Notes: a model not told the origin generated them from the letters alone. Shown: positions 22,901-37,900, counted from the first letter of the stretch. The stretch is DNA of 64,000 bases from Raillietiella orientalis (GCA_036172245.1 JAYWIR010000002.1:2976001-3040000); one strand, 5' to 3'. A program made the numbers and translations.

Positions 22901-25900
22901 AAGGCAGCTGAGAACAGAGAGCTCTTGAAATCAATACTGCTGTTAAGGTTTCAGGTGATGGCACTTACCGCGGTTCAAAGGCGCTCCAGAACTGGCTGAG
23001 AGCAGCACGTTACAGGGAAAGACAGAGTAAGACGAGTCACATGAGGACATCACAAAGACAAATGACAAAAAGTACAAAACGGGACAAATTCATGAACACC
23101 ATAACAGGACAAAGCTTACAACTGGGATAACGGGCAAATCTCGGACGTTCTTCTTCGGGACGGGCGAAGAGATGGAGGGAAGGGGGGTGGGGAAACTGCG
23201 CACGGCCTCTCCCGCGAAGACGCGCCAGGGCAAAGGAGCAGAAAGATAGGAACGGACGCTGGAAAGGAAGGACGCTGCTGAAGACAGTGGGAGGAGAGGA
23301 GGCCTTCGAGACAAGCGGTAGGGAGACGAGACGCTCCAGACGGTCGGTCATCCGGACTTTCGTTCAACGAAAAGCATCTGGGAACGCCCGCTGCACACAC
23401 GTACGCACGCCTGCATGCATGCAAGCATGAGCCGCGCGCGCACCCCAAACGAAAGGAAGCAAGAAACGGACCTTTTCTGGAAGACTCGCCTACTCAGGTG
23501 CCGAGGATTTTTGCTGCTCTTCTCTCCGCCAGCATCCCAGGCGCCCGGAAACCCCTTCCTTCACGAGCCAGGAATGTGTACCGTCTGTCTTGCAAGACTT
23601 TCGAACCCATTAGAAGAGAGAAGCTGCATCTTGAGTCCGCTGCGAGAGAGCGACCCAAGGTCTCTTCTTGCTGCGATCTGAAGCCGGAAGTCACCACCGC
23701 CCGCGCCGAGAGAGAGAAGTCGCCTCCTGCTTTTCCCCTACGCTCCTTGAGAACCTGTCTTCTTTGCCAGTGGATGCCCGTCACGGAGACCCCGCTGGCT
23801 TTCTGGTCTTTATTTGACGGTCCCCGGAAAATGTACCGAGGGGAGTCAAGCTTTCAACTTTCCGCCAGCCACCACCAAGTGACCCCTGTCCCCGACAACC
23901 TGCTTCCCCCCCCCCCCCCCCGTCGTCTTCCAGCAGCCAAGGATACCCTTTCAAGGCAACGTAAGCCCGAGCACCCTGGCCCTCCCCGCAGCACTGGCAT
24001 CGGCTCCTGCCCTGTGTCGGCGTCGCTCCCCGGCCGACATCTGCATGCCGCTTCTTGACAGACGATGCACGCGCACCATCCTCCCCCTCCTCCGCTAAGG
24101 CTCCGTCATATCGTTCCACCTCCTGGCCCCTCCTGTCACGGAGGAACGATCGATGTCGCGCTCAAACATCCTTATCCCCACCCTCGCCCACAGCTTGAAC
24201 CTTCGGTGCTCGGGCGAACCAGCTGGAGCATCAGCGGAAGATGCCCGTGCATCCGTGCAGACGTTCGCCTCTTTGCTTTCTAAGGATCCCGTCTGGGGAG
24301 GGAGCCCTGCCAAAGTGGCGGTAGGAGGGAGACCAATGACGAAAGATGCAAGACCAATGACACTTCCTCTGATTGCTACGATCCGTCGGACCGGAAGAAT
24401 GCCGGAGGTTTGGTCCCGGGGGAGCAGGGAAGAGGGACTCGATGCCAAGAGCAACCCCATCCCTTCCCCGTGTTCCTTCCCCCCCCCCCCCCGGGATCTC
24501 TTCCGGGTCCCCCTCGGCTTGCGCCGCTCCCGTGCGAGAAAATCTCGGGATGTCGCGTGCCTTGGGGGCGCCACCCCGGTGGCGAGGAGCGTCGCGCATC
24601 CATGGAAGGGGCGGCCGTCGAGGAGGCGGGAGGTCGTGCGCCGCTAGGGCAGCACGGAACGAGGAGGAAAGTCGGAGGAGCTGGAAGAGACGCGGGGACT
24701 GAGTCCCGCCTCGGGAGAGCGGATCGCATCCCGGAACCGATGGAGCGTGCAGCACGCGCACGATTCACCCCGCGGGACCGGGAAAAAAGGGAGGGGGAAG
24801 GAAAGGGGAGGCAAGAGGAGGAGTTTGAGGACTCTCGGCAATCTCCGAACGGGAGCAGCCGGACACCTTCTTCGCGCGGGGGAATGCCGCCCTCCGGAAA
24901 GTGGCCGCGGCGCCCCGCGCAACGTGAGGAGGGTCTCTGGAGAGGCATTCCCGAGGTTCGGCTCGCTTCAGAGGGGGCGGCCGCATGTGACCGGCCTCAG
25001 CGCGCTTGGGTCGCCTCCACCGTGGCTCTGTTCCGTGCCACGGGGCGACGAAGAGGCGTGATCGCTCCTCTTTGTTTCGGGGAAGAGAAGCGCGCGGTCC
25101 GGTTTCAGATAAAAAGGAGTCCTCAGTCCCGCGGTCCCACTACCGGACTTCCGTGCCTGCGTTCCGCCCTCTGGCTTGGCCGGGAGCTCCGATTCTGTTT
25201 GGAAAACTGTCCGTCCTCTCCGTGAAGGGAGCAGGGTCAAACGCGAGTCCTCCCCTCTTTCTTCGAAGCCTTACGGGCCTCCCCAAGAGATGCGCCCTTC
25301 TTGACCCTCTTGCCTGGGTCCCCTTGCCGTCTGCAGGTTTCCAGAATGTGCCTTTTTTCCTTCTTCCTTATACCGCGGGGTGAGAGAGGCTCGACCCGAG
25401 CACCGGCGAAACGGTTACCCGGTGCTTCCTGCCACGAGGGAAGGTATCTGTCTGTTCCTTCCCCACCCATTTTTATACTCTCCTTCCTCTCGGGGGGGAA
25501 AAAAGGGGGATGGAGGAAGAGGGGCGGTAGGAAACGAGGGCAGTTACCGCGCTCAAGCTGCACACGAAACCACGTCGGGCGGGTCAACCACCCAGATGAC
25601 CGCCTACGATCTCCCCCTTCCCCTACATTTTTCCTTTCTAAACAAGAAAACTGAGCGCGCACCCACCGGGGAATGCGCGAGTGGAGACCTCGCAATATCT
25701 TTCCCCTTCCCTACCACGCCGAGAGGAAACAAAAAACGATGCGCGCGCGCGCGCATCCCTCGCCCGCGACAGTGGACCTACCTCTCGCTGTACTCATCTT
25801 TCCTGGCGTACCTCTGCACGCTGTTCTCTTCTATGAGAAACCTTACTCTTTGATAGAACGACGCCGTCACCATGGGGGGCTGCTTTCGGAGGAGGACCTC

Positions 25901-28900
25901 GATGGGATCGTTGGTCGCCAGGCACATGATGTGGTCTCTGCACTTGGGCTGGCTGCAGCACTCACTGTCTGAGCAATCCAGCAGGCTGTCTGCAAGGAGG
26001 AAAAGAAGAAAGGCGCCGGGGACTTGCACCGCCGGCAGCGGCCGCAAGGAGTGACCATCGTTCCCACCCCACCCCCCCTTGTGTGAGCCAAAAGCTCCCT
26101 CGAGCCTACAGGAGAAGCTGCTCGTCCCTACCCTTCCTTGAACTGGACGTGCGAGCGAGGGCACCGCGGCAGAGCCCCCTCTGACCATCGCTGTCCTGAA
26201 GACCCGTCCCGCCCCACCGCGCTTTTCCGCACCAGTGACGTCGGAGGAGGGGCTGCGGGGTGCATCCCGAGGCGCGTGGCCCGCGCGCGCCGGCCCCGAA
26301 ACCGACGCGTCTCCTGCGGGACGGAAAGACTGCAGGGCACGCCCACTGTGACCGCGCGTGCGGGACCATGACCCTGCTCCTGCAGGCAGAGGAAAGCCAG
26401 GAGCGTGGGGACGGTCCCGAGTACTCCCGCCCTCCCCCCTCCTCCCCGGAAGGGAAGGCGCGGGCGCAAGACGAGGCGACACGCCCCTGCTTCCCTCCAC
26501 GGGGAGGAGAGCCGCATCCGCCGCAGGGGGACGAGCGGCGGCGGAGCGGAACGCGCCGGGGCACGCCCGAACGGAGCCGAAAGCGCGCACCGACTTGGGG
26601 GCGGCGAGACGCGCGGGAACGCTGGCGCGCACAGGAGGCAGCCCGCTATAAATAGAGGCGACAGGGAGGATCGCGGGAATCGCAGAACGGGGACCCGGAA
26701 ATGAAGCGGATCAGTTTCCGAACGGTCTCCCGCGCGGGCAGCGTGCCCGATGAGGAGGGGAAGGGGAGACTCCTCCCCCTCCGCGGGATGGATGCGCCCC
26801 ATTTGAATCCAACGGGCCGCCCTCCTGCCCTCCCTTTTCCTTCTTTTTTCTTTTTTTTTTGTGCCTTTGTCGTTGGTTCTTGGACTCCCCTCCCGTGGCT
26901 CCCGTTGGCAGCTGCCAGAGTCACCCGAGAACATCCCGGAGCGGGACTTTCTCTCGCGCCCCCGGTCTTCTTGGATGCTCCAGGGAATCGCTTGGTCCTG
27001 CAAGGCCCCCCAGGGAGGACCATCCCCTCGCAAGGACCTGCTCCCATGCGATTCTTCGCGTTCCAGGCTCCCCTTCCTCCCCCCGTCAAGGGATATGCCC
27101 GGGGAAGATCGTGGGATCCGCGGAGTATTTGCAACGGGACCCCGAGTGTCTCGAGCAGAAAAGGGGTCAACCATGGGCGCATAGCTTCACACGGAAGTCA
27201 GGGGGTCAACCATGGGCACATGGCTTCACACGGAGGTCAGCTGTTGTCGAAAGGGAGGGAAGCAGAGGGAAGCACAAATACGCCATTCCTCGAACACGGA
27301 GGTTGGCGAGGGTTACTTCCTCTTCGGGAGGGCTGGTGTGGCTGGTTTGACCTCTCTGGAGTACATTACGCCACCTTTGAGGTGTCGGGAGCCTCCCTTG
27401 TAAGTAGGGTGCAACCAGCGTCCTCCCCACCTACTCCCCCTGATCCTCGTGGCCGGAATTCGAGATCCAGGACCTCCTAGCAGATTCAGCTGTTGCGGCG
27501 CGCATTCGCCCGGTACCGGGTGCGCCATTCCTCGAACACGGAGGTTAGCGAGCAACGCGTGACTGCCCCTCTGGAGTCAGGAGGTGACGACGAGGAGACA
27601 CAGACGGGACGGCGTGCCACATAGTCGTGGCGCCCCTGACTGGCGGGCACGCAGGGGGCAGAGGCGGTTCGCTCCTCGCGTCTTCCTCTTCCTCCTCATC
27701 CCGCCTGCTCTGGCCAGGCGGTCACCAAGGTGCGCGCGCGTGCCGACGCCGTTTCGCCCTGCACGTCCCGCGGTCCACCACGGAATCATCGCCAGGCCGA
27801 CGCCGCGAAAAGCGCTAACACGTCACCACCGCCTCCCGCGAGGATCTGTGCGTAGGCGCGAAGATCCCTTCCCCGCTCTGCGCGTCCCCTCGAGGCGCCC
27901 GCGTGCGCTGAGAGCGCAGCAGCAGCGCGGTGAAGTCTCCTTCACGGTGGGACGGGCGACGCGCGGGACACCCGGCGGCTCTGCCGGAAAATCCTCGCAA
28001 AAGGGGAGTCCACGCAGCTGCTCCCCTCCTTCTGGAGCCAGAAGTTCCAGAGGGTTCGAGAGGAGGAAGACAGCGGCGACAGAGATCCGCAGTCCAGGAA
28101 GGGATTGGAAGCGGTGAGACGCGTGTGCCCGCATCAGCCATGTGAAGCCTCCTATTGGTCGAGCAAGGCCCAAGGAAGCGGAGGACGAGGTGCATCCGAA
28201 AGTTGGAGGCGGCAGAGCTGGGACTTTAGCTGCAGTGGATGCCAGTCTCCCCCTCCCTGCGGATCCCGTGTGTCTGTCCCGATCAAAAACAAGTCGCCCA
28301 ACTGTCCAGAGTCGAGCGGCCGAGATGCTGCCGAGGTATCACTCCCGGTGCGCACTTTCGGGGACGGGGTGAGGAAGAGCTGAGATTCCCAGGTGGAGAG
28401 ATGGCCTTATCCAACCTGGCAAGAGGCAGAGACATCGGTCGTACTCCTCTCCTCTCCTCCTCCCCTCCCCCCTCCTGAGACCAGTTCGCACGGTGGAGGA
28501 TGCACATCTGCGGTGGAGCTCACTTCTTCCAGGCGCAACACCGGTCCAGATGCAGGAGGATCGAGAGCGGCTTCCACGCGCGCCGATCGGACAAGCGGAC
28601 GGAAGTTTCTCGCTCCAGGCTTTCCGTGCAAAGCGGTTGGCGCCCCCTTCACGGGTCACTCGAGAGAGATCCAACCACTACGCCACCACTACACGCGTGT
28701 CCCCCTCCGCGGCGGCCGGGGCAACTGCTTGGCTGCCTGCCGCACAAATAGCTCGTAGAGAAACTGGGAAGGTTCAGTACACTGAGAGCAGCATCGGGAC
28801 ACAAGAATCGCCCTGAATGAGCCTGAGATGCGGAGGAGGAGGAGGCGTGGGGCGCCATGCCCGCATGGGACCCCTCCCCTCGCGGACGAAAACTCCCGGT

Positions 28901-31900
28901 GAAACGGTGGCTGCCTCCAGGAGGCACTCAGCTAGCAGCCCTCGCTCCGGGTCCGAACGGCTTATCCTCCGCCGAAGGGTGAAGTCACCTCGAGATGAGG
29001 ACGAGCGCACTGGAAAAACGGGCCCGTGGGGAAGGAGCGAGTCGATCTTGTCCGAGGCGAAGCCCGGGAGGGAAGGGGGACCTGACCGAACCCTCCTCGC
29101 AGCAGCCGATTCCTGCCTCCCCTCTCTTTTTTCCCGGCACTAGTGCGGCGGGGAGACGCGGAGAAAAAAAGAAAATTTCTTACCCAAGTCGTTGTCCACC
29201 TCATCGTCGCAGATGGTCTCCAGCATGATGTTGCAGTCGCTGCCGGCCCATCCGGGGTCGCAGACGCAGGCGTACTCCGTGTTCTCGTTGACGCGCTGGC
29301 AGCGGCCGTGGTTGTTGCAGGCGTTCTCGCAGCCGACTGGGGTGGGGTAGGGTGAGTCGGGGTAGTGGAGAGGCAGCGCGCGCTCCCGTGACCCTCTTGG
29401 TCGCGCATCTTACCAAGGGTGCAGTGCTTCCCATTCCATCCTTGCATGCAGACGCATGTCCCGTTCTTGCACTGGCCGTGGTGGGCGCAGCGGGGGTCGC
29501 AGGACCTCACGTTGCACAGGTCGCCTTCCCAGCTGGCTTCGCATTCGCATCTTCCCCGCAGGCAGACCCCGTGCTGGCCGCAGTCCAGGTCGCACAGCAC
29601 TGGAGTATCGGAAAAGAAAAGAGTGGGAGTTCAGAACTCGGAGTCCCTCGGGGCAGGAAGCACTCATTGCCGAGAGGCAGAAAGGCAGGTGGTGCCACAG
29701 TCTGGAATCCCTCGAGGGAGCGGGCAGCGTCCGAGGCGGAGAGAGTCGCGCGCGACAGACGGCTGTTTGGCTTCTTCACCTCCCTCGGGGTTCCCCGGAA
29801 GTTCAGAGGAGTTCCATATCCTGCCTCGCCTTCCCGGAAGGTCAGGGGGAAAGGAAGCGAAAGGACGCGGAAGTGACAACTGACCCGCTCCCTTACTCCC
29901 GCCCGGTCCACGGTGCAACAAAATGGGGGACTGCAGGAGCAAAAGACGTCCAAGATGGAGGGCGCGCGCCTTCCTCGGGAACGCTGGGAGAGATCTCCCT
30001 TGGGTCTTGCGGGTGATTGTGGTGCAAGGAGAGAAGAGGAGGAAGGGCAGTCGGGCCTGGGACGGCGGAAGCTCGTGGGCTGCTGCCCCATCCAGCGCCC
30101 ACACGAAAGTGAATTTTTTCTCAACCCTTTCCACCCCACTCACTTCCGTTCGTCTTCGCCGTTTCTCTACGGTGAACGGACGAGATGCAGGAGCAGGAAT
30201 AAAGGAGAAGCGTCGAGGCAACCAGGGAGGGCAGGGGAGGAAGAAGGAAAGAGAGGAGAGAAGAGGGAAGAAAAGAAGTCGCGCGTAGCGCCTTCCTCTT
30301 AGCGAGACTTGCAAAGTGCCGCGAGGTCTTCGTGGTGACGGCTACAAACCCCCCTGCCCCTCCCCCCCTTTTTTTTCTTCTCCTCATCAGGTTTGGCATT
30401 CCCGGGAACCGCACGCGGCAGGGGAGCCTTCCCGCCGCAGGTCGTCGGCGCCCGCGAGGTGCAGAGGCCGCGGTTTTTCACACACGCTGCCCTCCCTCCC
30501 TCCCCCTCCAGAGGGAGGAGGAAGAGCAGATCTAAGAGCGTGGGAAGCAGCACCGCCGTGAGGTTGCAGCTGTGCAGAGACGCTTGCAGCTTCCGGATGT
30601 CTGCGGATCTCCCCTGGCAGTCTGGCAGACGGGAGCGAAATCCTTTAGCCGGAATCTCCTTGTGTTTGTGTGTGGGTGGGTGTGCACTTTTTTTTTTTTT
30701 TTTGAGGGGGAGGGGGGATTCCTTCATGGACACCTCTCCTTTCCCGCTTCCCCCTTCTCCACACACACACGTGCGCGCGCGGAGCGCAAATCCGTCCTGC
30801 TCTCCTCTTCTCCCCGTCCTCATCGACTGCAACGGGATCCCCTCTCCTTTCAGCAAGGACTCTCCCTTGTCAGACGCCTTTTCTTTTTCCTGCCTTTCCT
30901 TTTTCCTGCTCCCTTCCCCACCCGGCTCCGCGAGGGCGCAACCCTCCGCCCCTTCCCGCATCACGTGAACGCGGGTCGCTCCCCGGAGCTTCGAAGGGTC
31001 ACATGCACGTAACGCCACGTGGGACGCCGGCGGCGGAGAGAGGGGGGGAGGGGGGCGTCTTCCGCACCCCAGTTGCGAGAAAATGGTGACACAACAGGCT
31101 CCTCCCGCGAGACCTCGAATCCCACTGAATCACGAACGGGGAGCGAAGCGTCCTTCTCAGGGTCGAGGGTGCTCCAGACCGGGCACTCCACAGGCGGAAA
31201 GACGGCGGCGGACCTGCCGCAGCAGCAGGGCGGCCTCGGTCGAGTTCGTCTGCGCGCGCGGCAGGCGTGACGCACGACTTGGAGGAAATCACCCTCGGCC
31301 GCCGCGCGAGGGAGCCGCACTGGAGGGCGTCGGGAGTGTCGGTCTCTCGGAAGCGCCTCGGTTCTTCTCGGCCGTCGTGAAGGCAGCAGAGCGAAGAGGA
31401 AGACTTCCTGTCGGAAGAGATGACTCGGTCCATCCACCCCTCCTCGCCCCGCCCTCCGATGAGCTCCCCAGTCCCGATAACCGACGGAGCGCGTGACGCT
31501 CCCATTCCCCGCCTGAGGCGCTGGCCTCGGGAACTCCACCTGCTTCCCGCTTCCTTTCGCGACGACCGCGCCAGCATTTCCCGCCCTTCGTGAGGACTGA
31601 GTCCGGGTCTCCAAAGCCCAGCCGTCCGCCGCCCCTTCTCCGTTGCACCCCCTTTTTTGGCTCCGCGCCTTCCTCGGAGTTGCCCACCTCCCTCCCTCCC
31701 CTAACGTCCTCGCCCGCAACGTCGGAAGCACCTTCGGAACACCTGAACAAGGAAAGACGTGGAGGAGCGCCGTCTACGGTACTCCCAGAGTCTATCACTG
31801 CGCTGAAGCGCAACTCCGGGTCATCATCTCCCGATGCCATCATCACCAAGGAAGTTTTTTCTGCACTTCTGCGGGGCGTGAAGGTGGGTCCGACGAACTT

Positions 31901-34900
31901 CCCATCTGGGCTGCCCACGAGCTTCCTCCTCGCTCCGCGTTATGGACACTGAACTCGTCTTCACCCGATCCTCCTCCTCTGAACCTCTGTGCAAATACCA
32001 AGGTGCATCCGCATCCAGAGGAAGAGTGCCAGCCGACGACTGGCGGCAGACGCGTGCAGATGCACAGCGCCGCAGCTTCTTCGACGGACCGAGCGCCTCC
32101 TGTTTTCCTTCGGCGTGATCACGGCAGACCGCGGGGCGGTAGCTCGGGAAGGAAGGCACGGGTTGGAGAGGGACGGATGGGAGCCCGCCGAAGTTCATCC
32201 TCGGCCATCCTCCTGCATCCGATCACCCCGCACGAATCTCCGCGTGGGGGGGGTCCCGCCGCGGGCACTTTTATCTCCCCGCCACCTCGCGGAGGGGAGC
32301 GCCTTAGCGGAGGCCGCCTTGTCCTCAGGAGCGCACAGGAGCGCCGACCGCTCCGCACGCAGCAGCGTCACTCCGCTTCGCTCCTCGTCCGCGGGGGCTC
32401 TGGGAGGAACGGAGGGTTTCGGCCGCGCGCTCCGCCCGCAGCACGCTCGGCCGGCGCTCGCGGAGCTCCCTAGGGCGCACGTGCGGAGGAGGTGCGAACA
32501 AACCTCACCTTCCGAGCAATCGGCTCCTGTCCAGTGGGAGTCGCACGTGCAGGCGCCGTGGTCGCTGTCGTAAACGCCATGCCCGGAGCAGTCCGGTAGG
32601 CAGTGGAACAACGGCTCGTCCAGCTCGCTGCAGTTCCTGCCTTTCCACCCCGCCTTGCAGAAGCACCGGTCCTTGACGCAGACGCCGTGTCCGGAGCACG
32701 TCGGGTCGACGCAGTCCTCTGCAAGAGGAGGAGGAGGAGGGAAAGTGGGAGGAGCTCGCAGAAGACGGGCGCGGTGCCGAACGCCCCCGAGGACGTACCG
32801 ATGTGGCAGTGAAGGCCTTTCCATCCGGGGTCGCAGTAGCAGACGCCGCTGATGCACTTGCCGTGGTTGCTGCAGTCGGCCACCTCGCACTCGTCCTCGG
32901 GCACGTCGCACTCGGCACCCTTCCAGTTTTCGTCGCAGTGGCACATTCCTCCTAGGTACTGGCCGCGGTTGCTGCAGAGGACGGAGCAGGCGCCTGAAAG
33001 ACACACGAGGTGCACAACCCTTTTCGGGGAACTCGGCAAAAGAACCACGAGTGACGAGTTCTTAAAGACTTCGCTGAGAACGCGATTACCTCAGGAGCTG
33101 TGTAGGAAGAGGATGCGCTCGTGTGAGCACCACGGGAGTGGACGACGTGCAAGAGAGAGGTGGAAAACGCACGAGTGCAATGGGGCGATGCAGCCACCCT
33201 CCTCCGGGAACCGCGCTCGCGCACGTTGAGCTGGGGTGCTTCGAAAGGATTCTTCTGTTCAAAAGAGACCGTGGGAATCTGCGTGCTTCCCTCGGATGGT
33301 CTCTTTCGGAGCTCCCCATGCTCCCCTCTCCCCCTCCAGATCGAACCGCATCGACCACAGGTTGAAATCGAGTGCGAACGGGTGAAGAAAAAAAAAAAAA
33401 AAAAAAAATTGCAGCGCATCCGAAAGCTGCAACGGCCTCCGAAGGTGAGAAGACGCGCAGATGCGACCACTCGCAGGTCAGAGTGAGGTCCGCAACGAAG
33501 CATTTCAAAAGCAAAGAACTGCTTTTCCATGAAGACAGAAAAGCGACCTCTTCTCGAAGTTCATTCTTTTTGATAGGCCAGCAGAGGGGAGAGCAAAGAA
33601 AAGAAAAGAAAGAAAAAAGACAGGTGAATTTTCTCCTGATGATTCGACGAGCTCGGTCCAGCCCCAAAGCGCATGAATGCGGGACTTTCAGCCAAAAGAA
33701 CGAGCGTAAAAAGACAAACGACAACCCAAACACGAAGGACCACACAAGATCCCAGATCGAAACAGAAGGGGATTTAGCGCTAATAAGGGAGGCGAAGACC
33801 GGATGGCTCTCCAGGTTTTCGCAAACATTCCATTTGGCCGTGATCCCAGGAAAGAAGCAAGGGGGAGGCGTCGCGAACTCGGCTTCTGGTGCTGCCATCT
33901 CTCCAGACAAGTGAAAAGCTCGCCGCATCGATGAAAGGAAGGACATACGTCTTTGGCAAAGACGCGTACCTTTGCCAACGACGTGTCCACTTGCAAACAC
34001 CTTCAACGAAACGCGGGAGGGAAGCCGCGCCGAGACACGTCAAGTGCAGCTCTCCGTTCCACTAGAGAGGACGAAAAGTCCGGGAAGATGACTTTCGGCC
34101 TACAAAAAATCAAAACGACACAACGGCCTAACCCAAAACCAAAACCGCCGCAACCTCGGGGAACCTAAGAAGCGGAACGTAAAGTACGGGAGAAGAAGCG
34201 AGCGCGCTACGTGGATCGATTGCTGCCAGCAGCCGCACATATCCATTCGGGTCCGAATTACGTTCTGATGCATCAGAGACGCTACTCTCACTACTGCGGT
34301 CCGGGGAGCCGCGCCATCTCCATCAAGTTTCTCCATCTGGTGGCCGAGAAGATCTCGGAACGTCCCCATTCCTACGCACGACTGGGGGAACCTCCTCCCC
34401 TTTCAAGCTCGCGTCAGAAACACGGAAATGCCACCTCTGGATGCGACCTCGCGAAATGCCCGCTCTCGAAAAACATCTGCCGGTTTTTTTTCATCCCACT
34501 TGCCTAGTGAATGGGGATGCGCTGTCACAGCTGTCAAGATGTCACAGGGATGAACCGCATGAGGATTTGAAAAGATCAGGGAAACCGGACCGCTCCTTTC
34601 CGTGAGTCGATACACGAGGATGGGCCAGCCCAAGGATTTCGCAGCTCAGACCTCGTTTCGGATGGACGAACGTCGAGGGATTCTTCTTTCCACAAGAGGA
34701 GCCCTGCTGTCGTTGACCTGCCGGGCAAGAAACGCACAAAAAACTCGCGAAGACGACGATGGCTGCCCGCTGCACGGCCGGCGGATCATGACGGGAGAGT
34801 CTCGAGAAAGCAGCTGCGGTTCCCGTCTCAGGACGTCCGTGACGAAACGGCTCCTTGTCTGGACGTGAAGCGACGCGTTGAAAGTTTGCGGAGATGTCAA

Positions 34901-37900
34901 ACCAGCCAGAGGGCGCGCGCGCTCTTGACCCGGGGGAAACGACGTCGGCGGGCAGGCAGAGCTCACCGGAGCGGCTCGCGGGAAGCTTCGCGTTTCCCTA
35001 GGAACTCACGTCGCCGGAGCTACCTGCGCACCGGTCTCACTCACCCTGGGACCCGAGACGTGCCCGCACTCAAGGACGATGCCCGCGAAGGCGCCCTCCT
35101 AGTCGCTGCACGTCCTTTCGCGCTACTCGCGGAAGAGTCGGGGCGAAGCGACCACGAGAGCCGTCCAAACGCCGGGGTGTGTGTTCGCAGGCCCACGGAA
35201 GGGCTCGAAAAGGCGCCGGAGAAACGCGGGAATGGGGAGGGGGAGCGAAAAAAACGCACACGCTTTCGCTCGGCGCCAGCAACGTGCGAGCTGCTTTCGG
35301 TCCGCAAGAGGGCAGCACCATGTTCGGGTGTTCGGCGCCCTGCACAGCGCCGTTTTCGAGAACAACCTCCGCTGTCTTGCTCCAGCCAGTGCTGCGGGGA
35401 GGATGTCCGAAGTGCGTGAACAAGGGAAGGCGCCTTCGACCTCACCCAACCAGCCTCGGTGTACCATTTCTTGCCATGCAGACCATGCGGGCCCTTGCGC
35501 TTGCTCATCAACACTCCCGAAGACGCATTCTGGGAGCGAGGACGCTCGTCTAAGGGAACCGAACGAGGACGCATGGATGGGCGCACAGGAGATGCCACCA
35601 CGAGAATGCAGGAGGGGGGAACGCGGAGGCTCCAAGGCGAACGCGGAGATGCCGCGGCAAGGCGCGGGCGCTGGGTACTTTGATGACGATGACGACGAGA
35701 AAGTCCGTCCGTAACACGAGGCGGTCACGAAGAACCATCCACGGGAATGCTACCGCGATGAAAGGTTCCGCTGCTCCAGTCTGCGGAACGCAGCAGACGT
35801 TCAGCTGAGCCGGGAGCACCGAATAACACAAATAGCGGGAAACCGCGCGATCCCTGCTGCGCTCTCCCGGAATCGCATAGGAAGGAAGTCTCGCGAATTT
35901 CCACACGGTGAGACGGCAAATGGAAGGAATCCGAGCGGCGATGAACGCCGATTTCCCATCGCGCGAGCCAAGCTCGCGGGGGTGGAGGCGACGGAGGGAT
36001 TCTGCTACCTCACCGCGGCTGCAGACGTACTGAGGAACTCCTGCCGCAGGAACGGGCGAGGTGCCCGGCGGTCCCTCCCAGTGCCGCTGAAGGTGCGAGT
36101 TCCACACACACAGTTGACGTCTTCAGCTACTTCCCTCGCGTTGGCTGCGGTCCCCTCGCGCGGCGCCACGTGTCGCGGGTTTCCATTCCCCCTGCCCCCC
36201 CCCCCCCCCACGCAGGATGTCCACGGGCTCCGGGTGCGGCAGCACTGGAGAGTGCCGGATACCGGATGTCCCCCATCGAATGGTCGGGATTGGAAATCGA
36301 TTCCTGGAAGGACCCGACGGGGGTCCTTCAAGAAATCGAGGAGTCGGTTTCTTTCGGGCTTCCCTTCCGGTTTGTGGAAATGGAGCCGTACCGTAAAACC
36401 GGTCGATATCCCCCTGGGGGGGGGGGGGGTTCCTCTCCAGAGTGTTAAGAAGAGCGCTGCTCCCTTCGGGGAGTGCCCTTCAGAGTAAAGGGAAGCGTCC
36501 CTTCGGAGGAGGAAAGAACAAGGACCTTCACAGGTTCCCTCCGGGGAAGAAATGGAATTACGAACCGGCAGCGGAGACCCCGGAGGACGTGGCCATGGCC
36601 ATTACGGGCTGCCCACAATTACCCATGCTGTTCTTTTTTTTTTTTTCGCTCTTGTTGTTGCTGTCTTTCGATCCGAGAACACCCGAAAACGTGCGACGAG
36701 GCACCGACTGCTTGGGGGTGCCGCTTGCGGGTCAGACTCAGGGCCGACGACATTTTCCACGGCACACTGCGCGGCCTTCCGAAAGGAGGATGCAAACCCA
36801 CTGGGGAGTAGCGGTCGCCGAGCGTTCTTTCACAGGCTGCTGGGGAGCGCAGCTGGTCCAGGCAGGCGGCGTGGCTGGGAACCTCACGATTCGTGCGTAA
36901 CCCCCAGTCCGAGTGAGGAAAGCCCGGGATTTTGTACGCAGCGTGCGCTGGTCAGCGGGGAAGGAAGGAAAGGGAAAGAAGGCAAAAAAAGAAAAGCAAA
37001 AGGGAGAAAAGAAACCAAAGAACCGATGCTTTCTTAATGGCCATCTTGAACGCAGCTGTTGAAATCATAAACTTTATAACATTATAAAGCTTCGATCCAA
37101 GGCTATCCCAATGGCTCTGTCGGAGCGGAGCGGGATAGTTTTACTGCGCGAGTCAGGTTAGTCGTTTTCCGAAAGGAGGGGGAGGAAAGGGGGAATCGAG
37201 CTCTTATCCAAGTTCTGTGGGTAAACGCACGAGATAATTGATTTTCTACAGGATCACCAGGATTTTTTTTTTCTTTTTTGTCCTCTCTCCCCCCTTTTTA
37301 AAAATCTATTCGAAAAAGATGATTCCATCCGCCCGTGTTTTGGACACATTCCAAAAAAAATAATCCCCCGAATTAAGGGGGCTGCGCCGTCTTTCCGCCG
37401 ACATCATAAACGGTAAACAACGAAAGGGAAGCCATCCTGCCGTGGCATTCTCTTTCGGGATGAAACCTTCGGTAACAACAGCGATCTGTCGGAATTTCCG
37501 CTCGCCGAGAGTTTAAGGCAACTCACTGTCAAGGAAAAAATGGCAGGTGAGGCGAAATCCGCATCATTTCGAAACCTGGCGGTCACACCAAACCCATTGA
37601 CCTGCATCCGCTATGAAAACAAAGCAAGGCTGGGTCTCCGGCTTTCTTTCCAGGGTGGCGGCGGTCCTCGAGCCGAGATGAGGAGGAGGCCACAGAGAGG
37701 AAGGGGGAAGAAAAATCCGACAGCGCCGCGAACCAGCGCGAACGGTGGTGGACGCGACCTCCCTCCCCCAAATGGGCGCGCGGAAAGAACCCCCACGAGT
37801 GCGCGCTCCATCTGCTTCTGCCCGTCGCCCCAACGACCGCTTCCTTTCCCCCCTCCCCCTCCCCTCCCCTCACTGCAATCGAAAAAACCAAAGAGTTATG

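Noticed and set aside
27163..27552. CRISPR-like array
   Set aside because: Only two copies of each repeat, no regular spacer series, no cas genes, and a eukaryotic intron context.
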